A DNA stretch of 64,000 nucleotides. Source: the human T2T-CHM13v2.0 reference genome, Homo sapiens. The translations under genes were made by a program, and so were the position numbers. Each line of letters opens with the position of its first letter. The stretch's first letter is position 1. Positions 50,350-64,000 of the stretch are shown here, piece after piece. The stretch is from the NCBI RefSeq assembly GCF_009914755.1, contig NC_060928.1; one strand, written 5' to 3'. Under the pieces are notes generated by a model. The model had not been told where the DNA came from. It was given only the letters and a program-made list of their open reading frames with translations, and did no database searches.

Positions 50350-51560
50350 TTCAGGCAAAATATTTACCAGTGAACACATATTTGTCGATTCCAGGCAATT
50401 AATTGGAGCCAAAAATTCAATGGTGGATACAACAGATAGAATCCCAGGCCACAGGAAATTTAAAGCCACATATAATAAACAGAGTTGTTTAAAAATGCCA
50501 GGTTTAAATTGCAAACTGTGATGAGAGCTATGAAGAAAAGCCATAGGAAACTATGTAGCCATGTGACTAGAGCACCTGCTTCAGTCCTAAGCTTAATGAA
50601 GGCCCGTTTGAGGATGTTACACTTGAGCTGTGAACTGAAGGCTGGGTAAAATTACCAAAGGGAAAATTATACATTACCGCCATGGAGGTAAAGAATATAT
50701 TTGTAAAGACTTGAAGTTGCAGTGGTCACAGCATTCTTGAGAAATTTCTAAGAGTTTTTTGTAAATTAAAAAATAAAAAGGAGAGCATATGGAAAATAAA
50801 CCCAAATTGGCCACCTGATATAGAATTCTGAATAAAGGTAAAGGTTTGCATTTTTATTCTGTAAGTCATGAGAAAGCTTTGAGAGTTAAAAGAAGAAAAT
50901 TGACATGCTCAGATTCACATTTTCATTAGATCTCTATGGCTTGAGTGTAATGATGGTATTGGTTAAAACAGATAATGATATGTTTAGTAACCTAACTAGT
51001 TTGGAGGTTACATAAAGATATGTTTCGTAACCTCCTAAACTAGGTAGGAGTTTATTAGCATTAAGAGGAGATCTGCCTTGATGAAACTTTGAACTAGCAC
51101 AGTGGTGCCGTAAGGAGAGCGAAGTTGATTAATTTCAGAGGTATTAATAAATGTGATAGAGTGGACTTGATGAGGGCAGCTCATTTGATAAGCAGACCAT
51201 CATCAGGATTATAAGGTTTCTAGCTTGAAAAACAGTTGGCGAAGCAAACCTTCACTGAGGTGAGAAGCACCCTCTCAGTGTTCCTGATTCATTGGTATAG
51301 TTTTGGCTATGGTGAAGCCATAGAATGTGGCTAGAATCATTGAGATATTCTAGAGATAAGTTTATGGAGCCATTGGCTATATAGGTATCCTATTCAGAAG
51401 AGGTATGTGGGGTGGAGTTATAAATACAAAAGTCATTCATGTGTAGGTGGTAAATGAAGTCGTGACTATAAATAAAATCTTCTACAACACCCTCTCTCAA
51501 TTTCTAAAATAAACCAAACCTTGAGTGAAATTTAAAGAAAGGAACCAGTGAAGAGCAATG
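50350..51560 (-). mobile_element. L2 LINE 3' region
   Basis: 'tgtgatgagagctatgaagaaaa', 'gaggatgttacacttgagctgtgaactgaagg', 'tgacatgctcagattcacatttt'. Confidence 0.75.
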
Positions 51561-52803
51561 AGTCCTGTAATATATAACAAATACCATTATTTTCTTACAA
51601 CTGTCTACAGGGCCCTGAAGAAGTTGATGCTAGGAACGTAAAACTCAGTAACAATTCTTCCCTTCAAAACTTTGTAGTCCAGTAATTTACAGTACATACA
51701 TATGTAATTACACATGAATTGAGGCTGATAGAAACACCTTGCATTACATTTTGCATTTGCCATTTCACCTGTATCCATCATACTTAGAGAAATTACAGGT
51801 GAGCTTATATGCTGTCAGAAATATCTATACACCTAGGTCACTATGTAGGTTTGCAAATGATAAAAATCCAAAATTAATGCTTTAGGTGAATGCAATTGTA
51901 TTCGACTTCAAACAAATTAGATGTCTCACAAGATATAAGCCACAAACAATGACATGTAATTATAAATATGGGTCTCTGCCTGACCACAGACCTGGTTAGG
52001 CTAAATATCACTTTATCACATTGTCAGAAAACCAGTGGAAGCCTAAAATTGTTCTAACTTCGATGGAAATAGATAAAATGTATAGAAATATGTAAACTCA
52101 GTCTTAGCAGTTTTATATAACTCTGATCTGTATACAGTTTACTGTATTGCAACAGGATATACACTTCCCTATACTTTGGGTTTAATGTATTAATTAAAAA
52201 CAACACAAAAAAGTTTGGAACCTACCTTCATTGTTGTTACCAATGTCAGCAGTAATGAAATATTACTTGGGGACCAATTTTAAGTTATGACAGAAACAAA
52301 TCAGAGTTAAACTATTGCATTTAAATCATGGGGGAAAAAGCCACACTTTATAAAAAAAAATCAATCACCAAGTATTTCTTTAGGTATATGCACAACACTG
52401 TGAGAAAAGCAAACCAAAAATGACATTCTTGAGACTACTGTAGGCAAGATTTTAATCAGTCTAGCTTCTTCCTCGGGGAAAAGTAAAATATGCAACTAAG
52501 TATATCTCATATCACAAAATAAAACTCCCTAGAAAGTGAAGAATCATGTTTTCCCAGAGTCACAGATAAATAAATAAATGAATAGATGGGTGGAATGCTG
52601 ATGTTACTAGCCCCAGTAGAGTAGTCTAAGGGATATTTGAGTTGAAGTGCTGAATTTCTGTTATGACTTGTTATATTCAGTAGGCTGTGAAACTGGGGTA
52701 TGAGTACAAGTAGATTTAAATGCATCCTGATAATTGATAAAAACAATTTCTCCATGTTGCACAAAACTTCCATTATGTTGATATTCCCTTTTGGATTAAA
52801 AAT

Positions 52804-53055
52804 GGCTAACAGTGGCTCATGCCTGTAATCCCAGAACTTGGGGAGGCTGAGGCGGGCAGATTGCTTAAGTCCAGAAGTTCGAGACCAGCCTGGGCAATAT
52901 AGCAAAACTCTGTCTCCATTAAAAATAGAAAAATTAGCCAGATGTTGTGGCATGTGTCTGTAATCTTAGCTACTGGAAGGCTGAGGTTGGAGAATCACCT
53001 GAGCCAGGGAGATCAAGGCCGCAGTGTGCCAAGATCATGCCACTGCACTCCAGCT
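52804..53055 (+). mobile_element. AluJ lacking its last ~30 nt and A tail
   Basis: 'gattgcttaagtccagaagttcgagaccagcctgggcaatatagcaaaac', 'gatcaaggccgcagtg'. Stops at 'cactccagc'. Confidence 0.9.
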
Positions 53056-54055
53056 AATATCGTTTTATAAAAATAAGAATAAAATTCCATGATAAATGAA
53101 TAAATCAATGTTACAGACTTAAATCCTCTGATCATTCCTTCTATTATCCAAAACACTCTCATAATTCCCACTATATGTAATTGAGAATTATAAAATATAA
53201 TCCTTATTTTCAAAATTAGTATAAACTGACAGATTATATGGGTCAAAATTTTTAAATAGGTCAGTAATATGCCACAAAAAATCAAGAAAAAAGTATAATT
53301 TGACAAATTTGATAAATACTTAAAAATATTTAAATAACTACAGGACTAAAGTTACACAGTATTTCTATGCTAGGAACATAAAGAATTTAAAACTATTTTT
53401 AACTACAAGGTATATTTGCTATAAATATTTGACTTGATTGCAAGGAAAAAACCAGTCGTCATGCCAGGCAAATGTTTCATACTTGTCAAATTTCCAAATG
53501 TTTGTTATAAAAAACATGATTGTCTTTTTTTGATATTATACAAAGAGTGAGATACAAAGGCATTTGTTTTATTATCTAGACTTGCTTTACCATACTGGTA
53601 TTTTCTCAAATATAGGCAAATACTTTAAAATCAATACTCTGCTCCTGAAAACAAATGTACTGCAAAAAATACAAACCAGATGTTATTTATCATTATTTTA
53701 AGTGGAAGAAATTATAATGTGTTATATTTTAAACCCAAAGCCTCAAATAATTTACAGAGTAAGTAAAACACAGAACATATAAATACAAAATCTATCATGC
53801 TAGTATGAAAAACACTTTCACAAATAAGTATTTTCTGTTCATTAACCATTTGGTACAATTTGCTTTTTAGGCAGTAACACTGTGATACTTCTCTGAGAGC
53901 CAGCAATGTCAGAACATAAACAAGTAAATTATATAAAGTAAATGATTACAATTATATAAATTAAATAATTATATAAATTAAATAATTATGGCAGTCAGAA
54001 TTAGTCAATGAAAGAAGAAATATGAAACATAGCTAAAGTACGAGAAAGACAAGTT

Positions 54056-54126
54056 AGTGCATTTTAGGACTTTAATCAGAGTGCATTTTAGGACTTTAAT
54101 GGAATACATTTTAGGACTTTAATCAG
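54056..54126. repeat. Tandem triplication of a 23-24-bp unit
   Basis: agtgcattttaggactttaatcag / agtgcattttaggactttaatgg / aatacattttaggactttaatcag. Confidence 0.95.
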
Positions 54127-54204
54127 AATCAGATGCATTCTCTATGGTTATTGTTACAGCTTTACACATACTACCTTTTTAGGTTATAAAATATTTGGAG
54201 AAGG

Positions 54205-54255
54205 AGCATTACTTTACAGATGAGGAAACTGAGGCAAGGAGAGGTAATGAGTCTT
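54205..54255 (-). mobile_element. MIR core fragment
   Basis: 'tttacagatgaggaaactgaggcaaggagagg'. Confidence 0.75.
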
Positions 54256-54619
54256 CTGCATGTGAAAGTTTCTCTGATCTTAAATGTGAGGTTTGTTATG
54301 GATGAGATATTGAAAGCACTAAAAGAATAGCGGAATATGTTTAGAGTTTATGATTCCAGAAGCAGAAATGTAGGAAACAACTAAGGTCCAGAGTAGAATT
54401 TTTGAGGTATGTAATAGAGTGAATTAGATGTAAAAATTAGAGCTATTGAAAAAATATCAATGGACGCTATCCTAGTGTTTTTGATGAGTTGTCCTGTATA
54501 TTTTGAAATTTATGTTATGATGGCAGAAGTTGGTTTTAAAAGGAAAGTGATTAACTGGAAAGCTAAATATCAAATTAAAATCGGAGATCAAAAAATGTAG
54601 AATGTGAAGTAGTAAATCA

Positions 54620-54845
54620 CGTAGGATAGTGATCATGGGGTTGGGCTCTGAAGGCAGATCTCCTAGCTTCATATATTAAATTTATCATTTACTCATTTTA
54701 TCACCTACTCTATAGCTCAGAATTTTTATTATTATATTGAACATAATAGTAATTATTTCCTAGGATTAAGTGACTCAGTATGTGCAATGTGGTTAATTTC
54801 ACCTAGGTTCGTATTAGGGACTGAATATATTATTATTAATAATAA
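54620..54845 (+). mobile_element. MIR SINE
   Basis: 'tgggctctgaaggcagatctcctagcttc...ataatagta...taggattaagtgac'. Confidence 0.6.
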
Positions 54846-56683
54846 TAGTGCTACGTTGTCAAGGTTGGATGGGCTCCAAGCAGAGGGCTTTAATAGGAAG
54901 TCGTAAAAGTGATTAGGAAGCAGGTTAAAAAGGAAAAATAAATGAAAATTTTTCTTGTGGCTCTAAATCAAGGTATGTTAAAATGAATAAAAATTTCCGC
55001 TAGAGCGAGCTGGCAGGCAAGTGAACTCATTAGGAGAGATCCAGGTATCAGCTAGGAATGTATCCAAACACTTCAGAAACTATTAAAAATATATGGCAAA
55101 CACTATTTTAGATGGTAGGAAATCTAAAGAAGTGAAATTCCGGAGATCAAAAATAAAAAAGCTGCTAAAATTATGGAGGTGAATCCTTGACAATATTTTA
55201 ACTGCCTCCTGGGGATTGTGTGGAAAATGTAATGGCCGTGCAGGTATGGAAGACAATGCTTTGGAACCACTTGAACCAAAGCTAGGATCCTCAACAGCTA
55301 CTGGGTATGTGAAAGGGGAATATAAATTAAACTTGCTTACAAAAAAAAAAAAAAAAAGGAAGTGGAATTAAAGCAAGTCTGTCTTGACCTGAGATCTTAG
55401 TGAGAAAAAAAAAAAAAGTCTTAGTAAGAATTCAAAATCACAGAGTCTATCATCAAATGGGTTTTGGATTACAAATTATATCGTCTATGTCATCAATCAA
55501 ATGAAAAGCTAGAAAATTAACATAAAAATGTAGTAAGAAACCAGTTAATCCCTAGATCACCTGGTAGAAGCAAGCAAACATCTCTACTGGATCTCACAGG
55601 ATTTCCACAGATTAAAGCAACAAAATATAATATCACAGTTCTGAATTACAAAATGAACAATAAAACATACCACCATGAAAGGGAATCAGAGTAAACACGA
55701 AATAGCTGAATTGTAAATGTCAAAGTCCAACAAATAAAAATATTGGCTATAGATGAAAAAGATCAATATATAAAAATAATTTTAAACATTAGTAATATAT
55801 AAAACATGATAAAGTAAAATACTATATAAAGTGATAGGTATTAAAAAGACATATAATCTGTACCTATAAAACATCTGATCATTGAAATTCAAAAAATGAA
55901 TGCAGGGATTAAGCAACTGTTTAGATATAACTGACGATATAATTAAGGAAATTATTTTTAATTATTCCTATACGTTAGAAAATAGATATAAAAGATTTTT
56001 TTTTTCAAAATAGAAAACAAAGGAATTGCAAATTGGAAAAATTTAAGAGAGCTTTAAACAAGTTATATGAAATGAAACAAATAGGAAATTTAGGGGAAAA
56101 AAAGATCAAAATGTGTAGGGAAGGAAATATTCAAGAGAAAACTGGCATATATCACCAGATACTAGGAACCTTTATAAATTCCAAATATGATAAAGAAAAA
56201 AAATCACATCTAAATAAATTGAAATGAAACTGCTAAACACCCAAAAAAAATAAAATATTTAAAATAAAATTAGAGGCACACAAATAATTGCTATTATACA
56301 GTTTAGAAAACTTTTAAAGAGAAAATATTGAAGCTAGAGTTGAGTAGATAAAGTTTTTCAAAGTTCTGAGCAAATTTGGCAAATTGGAATTTTGAATTGG
56401 CCAAAGTATCATTCAGCTACAAGAAATGGGCTGAAAGCATGCTTGGACAAATAGTATTTTTGTTCAAATAACTTCTAAAGAATGTTCTAGAAGAAGAAAA
56501 CTGAACACAGATAATATGTGAGATAATAATAATGACTAAATTACTCAAAAAAATTGGAATTCAATACTGGAAAACCCTAACATTTGAATGGCAATGAGTG
56601 ATATCATTTAAATGATTCTAAGGTATATATGTTACTCAGATGGAAGAAAAAAATTGTGATTAACTTTTAAGTATAGAAATCTT

Positions 56684-56999
<316 letters not shown>

Positions 57000-57224
57000 T
57001 TAAGTTGTAAAATCTAACAGAAAGATAATGAGTATCTTCCAGAAAGGTAAATCAGGTAAACAGAAAGCACAAAAGAAATCTAAGTATAACAAGAGACAAA
57101 CTATATTAGAAATGGTCTAAATGTCTGTCTTAATGATCAAAATTATTACAATTGAATAAATTAAAAAAGAGAGAGAAATAGCAACGCATTTTACTAGGTG
57201 CACTCAATCAATATAAAGAAGACT

Positions 57225-57726
<502 letters not shown>

Positions 57727-58674
57727 CTAAAAATCAAATTCCCCTTCATAATGAAAGATATTAGTACACTGCTCTCTTTAAGTGATAGATCAAATAAGCA
57801 AAAATATAAATTAAATTTAGACATTTTTGAAAACAAAAATTAAGCAAAATTGATCTCCCAAAAGTCAAATATAAAAATTTAAATCACAAAATTAGAAAAT
57901 ACACAAGCTTTTCAAGTACATGCAACTTTAGTAAATACTATGTACTAGGACCCAAAATATATTAAAACTGGAGATTTTTAGACTGAGATTTTTGTTACAA
58001 TTATGCCTTTAAATTAGAATTTGAGGACAAAAATATGACAAGTGAAAAGAAAATTCTATAATTGAGACCTTTGAAAACATCTAAATATTTTGTGAGTCAA
58101 AGTAGTAATAAAGATGTAGCTTATAAAATAATCAGAAGTGAATGATATTTAGAATATGAAATGTCAGAACATTTGTAAGATTAGTAAAGTGTTAGGTACA
58201 GAAAGTAAAATGCATAGTGCTCAAGGCTAAGATTTAAAAATATGTAGGTTTAATGAACTAAGCTAAGCATACAGCTTAATCAATTTGTAAAACTCTAATG
58301 TGATAAATTCAAATAAATAAAATACATAAAAATATATTTTTGAGAATATAAATTAGTAAATCCTAAGATCTAGATAGAATACAGAATATCAACAAAGGTA
58401 AAAGACGTTTCATGGAAACAAATAAAAAAATAAGCTTTCTAAGTCATTAATCAAGAAAAAACATAAAAGCAGGAAAAGCATAAATAGAAATTAAGAAAGG
58501 AAAGATGCCATTACTGTAAAACCATGGTGAGTACAGATATGACTAGGGTTCAAGATAAACTTATTGCCCAGTCATAAAATCATTCAGTCTAGTAGATAAT
58601 TTTCTTTAAAAATAATTCGTAAAACTGTAAAAGTTCTTATCAAACTGACAAAGGAAGAAATAGAACACAAAATA

Positions 58675-58840
58675 GCATTTGCCTGTTGGTTTCTCCAATT
58701 TTGGAAGCAATCATTTGCCCTGTGACCCTACCTGTCAAACAGAAGAAGAGTTGTTGATTTTTCAGTTTGTTTAACTTTTTGTTTGCTGTTAGGACACAAT
58801 GGTGATTTCTAGCTTTTTACATGTAAGGCTAGAACAAAAA
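58675..58840 (-). mobile_element. L1MC/L1MD 5'-end fragment
   Basis: Reverse complement reads 'catgtaaaaagctagaaatcacc...cctaacagcaaacaaaaagttaaacaaactgaaaaatcaacaactcttc...ggtcacagggcaaa'. Confidence 0.7.
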
Positions 58841-60463
58841 TTGTTGTTATAACAATTATTTCAGAATAGGTAAAATTTGAAAATGACCTATATGTTCATC
58901 AAAACAAGAATAAATAAAAGAGATATTTATACAATAAAAAACAATTAATTTGATTGAACTCTCCTTAACATACAGGTGGGAAAGATTTCAAACTTATAAG
59001 TGGAGTATGACATAGTTTATTTATATCTCAAAAGCATTCAAAACAATATTCCATATTACATAGTTCATATGCATGGAAATCCTAAGTGTAAAATGTGTAT
59101 AATTATGATAAAAATTAAATTAATGTTTGTGATGTCCTTTGCGAGAGAGAAAGAAAAATTCAGAAAACTTCAACTAATAATTGTAATATTTTAACATTAA
59201 CTTGGTTGGTAAATATGCAGGTACTCACTATATTATTATCTACACCTTTTACTTTATATAATTTCTTAATAAAATAAAAAAAAGTTGTATAAATCCTCTA
59301 CAAATTGATCTTTAATAAAATTAATTATTAAATACATTTTTAGTACATATTTACTGTTTCACTGGCAAATAGAAAAGGAATAGATTTGTATTAGAAAATA
59401 CAGAGTTGCAACAAACAGACAATAAACATATCAGAAAACTAGAAAAAGGAGGAAGCTGTCTTTGCCTTTAGCAACTGACAAAAGACTACAAGGTAAGAAA
59501 CCTAGGTAGAGATGTTTAGTTTCAAACATCCTAGGTTCAGTATAGACTAGTTGGTATCAGAAGTGACTACTGAATCTGGACAATATCTAGGATAATTTTT
59601 CTGGCTACTGATTTTCCTGTTTAGAGTAGTGACGGGAGATAGCATGTGAATTACAGAACTCATCTACAATGTCACATTTTAAAATATGAGTTGTCAATGA
59701 GTGAAACTGACAAACATAGAAGGTATATTTTGGGGTACATACATTGTGAGTATTATGGCCTCAATAGGACATCTCTTAGTAGGTGAATTGAAGAGTCATA
59801 AAGTCATTTTCGTATTTATCATTGAGTTTTGGATTTTCAGAAGTTAGGATTTTTTTCCTCAAGCCCATTATTTTGCACTAAAAATTCAATAAATTTCACA
59901 TATTCCTAGGGTACGTAACCAAATTCAGAATCAGTTTTATATTTCCTTGATGACAATTTATCATTTAACTATTTTCTAGTCCTACTAGTCTTGCTATGTT
60001 TTAAGACTATACTTTTACTGTCTCAGATTTTTATGTACATATAAATAGAAAGCACATAAGATATACTATTAAATAAACTTTACCTACTACCTTGAGAAGC
60101 ACAAACTATCTAATTCTGAAAGTATTTTTTGTTTGTTTGCTTCTATTTTAGTTTCAGGAGGTACATGTACAAGGTTTGTTACATGAGTATATTGCATACT
60201 GGTGGGGATTGGGCTTCAAGTGCACCCATCACCCAAATACTGAACATGGTACTCAACAGGTAATTTTTCAGCTCATCCCTTTCCCATCCTTCCCTCTTTT
60301 GGAATGCTTAACATCTATTATTTCCATCTTTATGTCCATGTGTACTCATTGTTTATTCCCCACGTATGAGAATGTGCAGTATTTGACATTCTGTTTCATT
60401 TGTTCATCCTTTATATCATTTTTTGTTTTAATTTTGTTTAGTTATGCTCTGATCTTTGTTTTT

Positions 60464-60535
60464 TTTGCTTCTAAATTTGGGTATTGTTGGTTTTTCTAGT
60501 TTGCTTCTAAATTTGGGTATTGTTTGTTTTTCTAG
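60464..60535. repeat. 36-bp tandem duplication within L1
   Basis: tttgcttctaaatttgggtattgtt(g/t)gtttttctag twice. Confidence 0.95.
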
Positions 60536-61071
60536 TTTGCTGAGGTGTGACATGTTTAGTTTCCATGTACTTGTGTTGTTTTGACAGTTAATCTTGCTGT
60601 TGATTTCTAATTTATTCCACTGCGGTCCAAGAAGATACTGCATGATTAAGTTTTTTTCTTAAATTTCTTAAAACTTGCTTTGTGGCCAAGCATATGGTCA
60701 ATTTTTGAGAATGTTCCATGCACAGATGAGAAAAATGTATTTGCTTCAGTTTGGGGGTATAATGTTCTTTAAATATCTATTAGGTCCATTTGTTTTATAG
60801 CCCACTTTAATTCTAGGCTTTCTTTGTTGATTTTGTGCCTCAATGACCTGTTTAGTGTTGTCAGTGGTGTGCTTAAATCTCCCACTGTTACATTCGTATC
60901 AATTTGTTTTCACAGGTCTAGTAGTATTTGGTGTATAAATCCGGGTGTTCTGGTGTTGGGTTCATACACATTTAGAATAGTTAAATCTTCTTATTATATT
61001 GAATGCTTTGTCATTACATAATGGTCTTGTCTTTTCTTGTTTTATTGTTGTTGGTTTAAAGTCTGTTTTAT

Positions 61072-61172
61072 CTTACCTGCCCCCATGACTCAGTTACCTC
61101 CCACCAGGACCCTCCTACAACATGCGGAAATTCAAGATGAGATTTAGGTGGGGACACAGTCAAACCATATCA
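61072..61172 (-). mobile_element. THE1 LTR 5' remnant
   Basis: 'cccccatgactcagttacctcccaccagg...aattcaagatgagatttaggtggggacacagtcaaaccatatca'. Confidence 0.9.
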
Positions 61173-64000
61173 GATAGTCTGATGACTATTATCCTTGGTA
61201 ATGTTCATATTACATAGTATCTCTCAGGTGTTTTCTGAATTTCTTATATCTGATGTTTACATCTCTAGCAATATCAGGAAACTTCATCCATTACTCTCTA
61301 ACATATGTTCTGAAAATGTCTTACTTTTTCTTATCCCCAAGAAATGCCTATAAATCATAGGTTTGGTTACTTTATATAATTCCATATTTCTTGAAGGCAT
61401 TGTTTGCTATTTCAAATTCTTTTTTCTTTATTGTTTTCCTGACTAGGTTAATTTAAGAGATCCGTCTTAAAGCTCTAAAATTCTTTCTCTTGCTCAGTCT
61501 AGTCTATCATTAAAGCTTTCAACTGTACCTTGAAATTTCTCAAGTGAATTCTTTTTGTTTGTTTGTTTTTAAGATCTCTCTCTCTCTTCATTTCCTGAAT
61601 TGCTTTTGTGGTTTCTTTGTGTTGGTTTTGAAACTTCTCCTGAACCCTAGTGATCTTTATTACAATTCACACTTTGAATTCCTTATCAGTTATTTCTGAA
61701 TTTCCTTTATGATTAAAGTCCATTATTAGAGAGCTATTGTGGTCCTTTAGTTGGGCCACAGCTTTCAGATTTTTCATGGTGCTAAAAATTCTTACACTGG
61801 TTCCTTTTTATCTGACTTACACTTCTTGTTGGTGAATTTACATTCACGTGGTTGGTTTTGTTCCTCCCTTCTTATTTTATTTTATTTCAACCCTCCATGA
61901 AGTTGTGACTGTAGAGTAGAGTATATTGGATAGAGTCTTTTGACTTTGCTTCTATAGCCCCATGCATGTCTGTTGGCCAGTTTTATGTTGGGTTGTGCTA
62001 TTCAGCCTACAAACTAGTAGGTGGTGCTTGTGGGTAACAGCCAGCTATAGAAAAAGCAGATTAATATATACTGGATCTTTGTTAGTCATGAGGTGCTCTC
62101 TGTTGTTTCAGATAATAGGCTGGACAGTAGAATGACTGGTGCCCTGAGCTTCATTTTCAGTGATGGGGTTGTGGGGATGGTTTTGTGGAGCTGGGCCACC
62201 TGGTTTGCATATGAATACCCAAATGATGAGCACAGCCACCAACCCTGACAGGGCAGCTGGGAAAGCTACTGAAAAAATGTGCTAAGGTCTCTGTGGAGGT
62301 TGAGGTGGCACAAGCTCCACATCCTAGATTGTCAGGAACATGATCTGTTTTCATAACACAACCTTGTCCCAGGGCTCTTGGCTCTTGGTTCAGACACACA
62401 CTGTTGTCTACTTCCAGGCTACAGTGTAGATGAGAGCCATAGGAAATGACTGCCCTGAGGCACTCCGCAGAAACGATTTTGGGACAAGGACCTCTTCACT
62501 CAGCCCCGTACAGGGATATTTGTGACTTCCTGTTCTCCAATGAAGTAACACTGCTACTTTGTATAAAGAAGGGCAGAAGCTCTACCTTCTGGCATGTGCA
62601 GGTGGGTGTCAGGTGTGGTGATTTCAGCTGATTGGGTTGGCCTATCCTTAGGCCCCAAGGGACTGATCAGGTGCAAGCAACCTTGGACTGAGCTAGGTAA
62701 TACTCCAATTCTCAGGCCCCTAGATAGCCAACTGAACAGCATGTGCAAGTCCTGAAGGGACTAGACAAATATCAGGTTAGTGGACTTGTTCTCAGGGTCC
62801 CAGAATTCAGGTAGTGGCTTGATAGGTAAGGTTGGGCTATTCCTGAAGACACCAGCAGAACTCTCAGGCAGGGGCAGACAGAATGCTCAGCTGGTGGCAG
62901 AATGGCAGAACATTCAGGTGATTACAGGCCTATGTGGGCTGGGCTCTGAGAAGTGCTTTGGGCCACAGCTGAAATGGTCAGGTAGGAGCAAGGTGGCTGC
63001 ATTATAGGCCTTTCATTGGGAAAGCCAGGGTCACCTCAACTGGAACTGTGGAGTCTGGAAGCTGCAAGGTAAATGGATTGTTCACACTCACTCCCCCACA
63101 CATAAGTAGCAATGCACTGTGCTGTTAGGGCTACACTTAGGTACCTGGCCTACCAACTCCCTCCTTGGCCCAGGGTTGGCAAGGACAATAGAAGCAGTGG
63201 CAGCAGGTACCGTGGGAGCCTAAGGGTATATCACCAGCCTCTGGGAGCAGGGCTCTCAGAATAATGTTGGCCCAAAGCACTACTTGTCACATGGGGCAAG
63301 GTGGCTATGCTGGGGACCTGATGCTGAAGTGGGCAGACACTGTTTAGTGAGGAGCAGGGGAGGCAGAGCGTTGTGTGGTATGTAGTCTGCCTACTCTTCC
63401 ATACCATGGCTGCAGTATCTGTTTTTGTGGCACGTAAAAGTGCCTGGCTTCCTTGCTCCACCCCTGGCAGGGTGGCAGCAGCTGGCACCAGGCTGCTCAG
63501 GAATAAGATTACTGTGGGATTCAACAAGGGCTCTAGCAGTGCCTCTGAATAGTCTCCAAGCAGCTATCTGTTGGTCTGGAGACCTGTGAGGTCCAAGGGT
63601 TCTACTCTGTGTCTAGGATTGTAAATGTCCATGGCGGAAGTGTGGAACCCCAGAGGTCTCTCCCTCACTCACCCCTTCTTCACATTAGGAAGCCTCTCCC
63701 AGCTCCATGCTGATCCCAGCTCAGCAGGCTACCGGGCTTCGCTTTCCTCTGCTTTCCATGTTCTTGTCACTTTCGAATTGATTCCAGTGTACTTTTTAAG
63801 ATGATCTCCTTGAAGTGCTAATATTTACTTGCTGTTTTGATTCATTTCCAGGAGAGAGGTGACCATTAACTGCTTCTAGTCAGTTTCTAGTCAGAAACTA
63901 AAGTGTTTTTTATAACAAATCAAATTTATAGCAAAAAATATATATTTATTATGAATAAAATTGATAGGTAATAATCAGAATTTCAAGCAAAACAACCCTA

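Larger units (their letters stand above)
60131..63894 (-). mobile_element. L1PB4-like LINE retaining both ends but with large internal deletions
   Basis: 3'UTR 'aggtacatgtacaaggtttgttacatgagtatattgcat...cccatcacccaaatactgaacat'. ORF2 N-terminal remnant 'KLEINSKINCQNNTSTWKLN'. 5' end reverse complement 'ctgactagaagcag'. TSD-like aaagt(a/g)tttttt at 60119-60130 / 63900-63911. Confidence 0.8.

Noticed and set aside
51253-51280. Inverted repeat cactgag...ctcagtg
   Set aside because: A 7-bp stem within an L2 is expected by chance in 64 kb.

Overview
Human (an AluYa5 with all five diagnostic bases is present), AT-rich, CpG-poor intergenic or deep-intronic DNA. I find no credible protein-coding exon, RNA gene or CRISPR array. 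Every ORF in the track is a decayed L1/ERV/Alu fragment, a simple-repeat artefact or a short chance ORF. The window is a layered transposon graveyard: (1) a fragmented ERV-L-class provirus with LTR33-like LTRs (~8.4-19.0 kb, minus strand) carrying nested LTR3, MLT1D, L1PA and MADE1 insertions; (2) a full-length L1PB1 (31.1-39.15 kb) holding an AluY and a 1.5 kb TA/CA-rich VNTR; (3) an internally deleted L1PB4-like element (60.1-63.9 kb); (4) many Alus, MaLR LTRs, L2/MIR fragments and DNA transposons. The most notable observations are a TSD-flanked 3'UTR-only mRNA retrocopy (probably from PTP4A2), a 77-bp templated insertion copied from a MER33 1.4 kb away into the VNTR, an HML-6 LTR3+PBS unit bounded by a perfect 6-bp TSD, a micro-inversion in the ERV-L integrase, a 53-bp fold-back palindrome and a near-consensus AluYa5. 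I see no evidence of a new biological system. Repeat subfamily names come from my recall of consensus sequences, not from a search, and boundaries of old elements are approximate.
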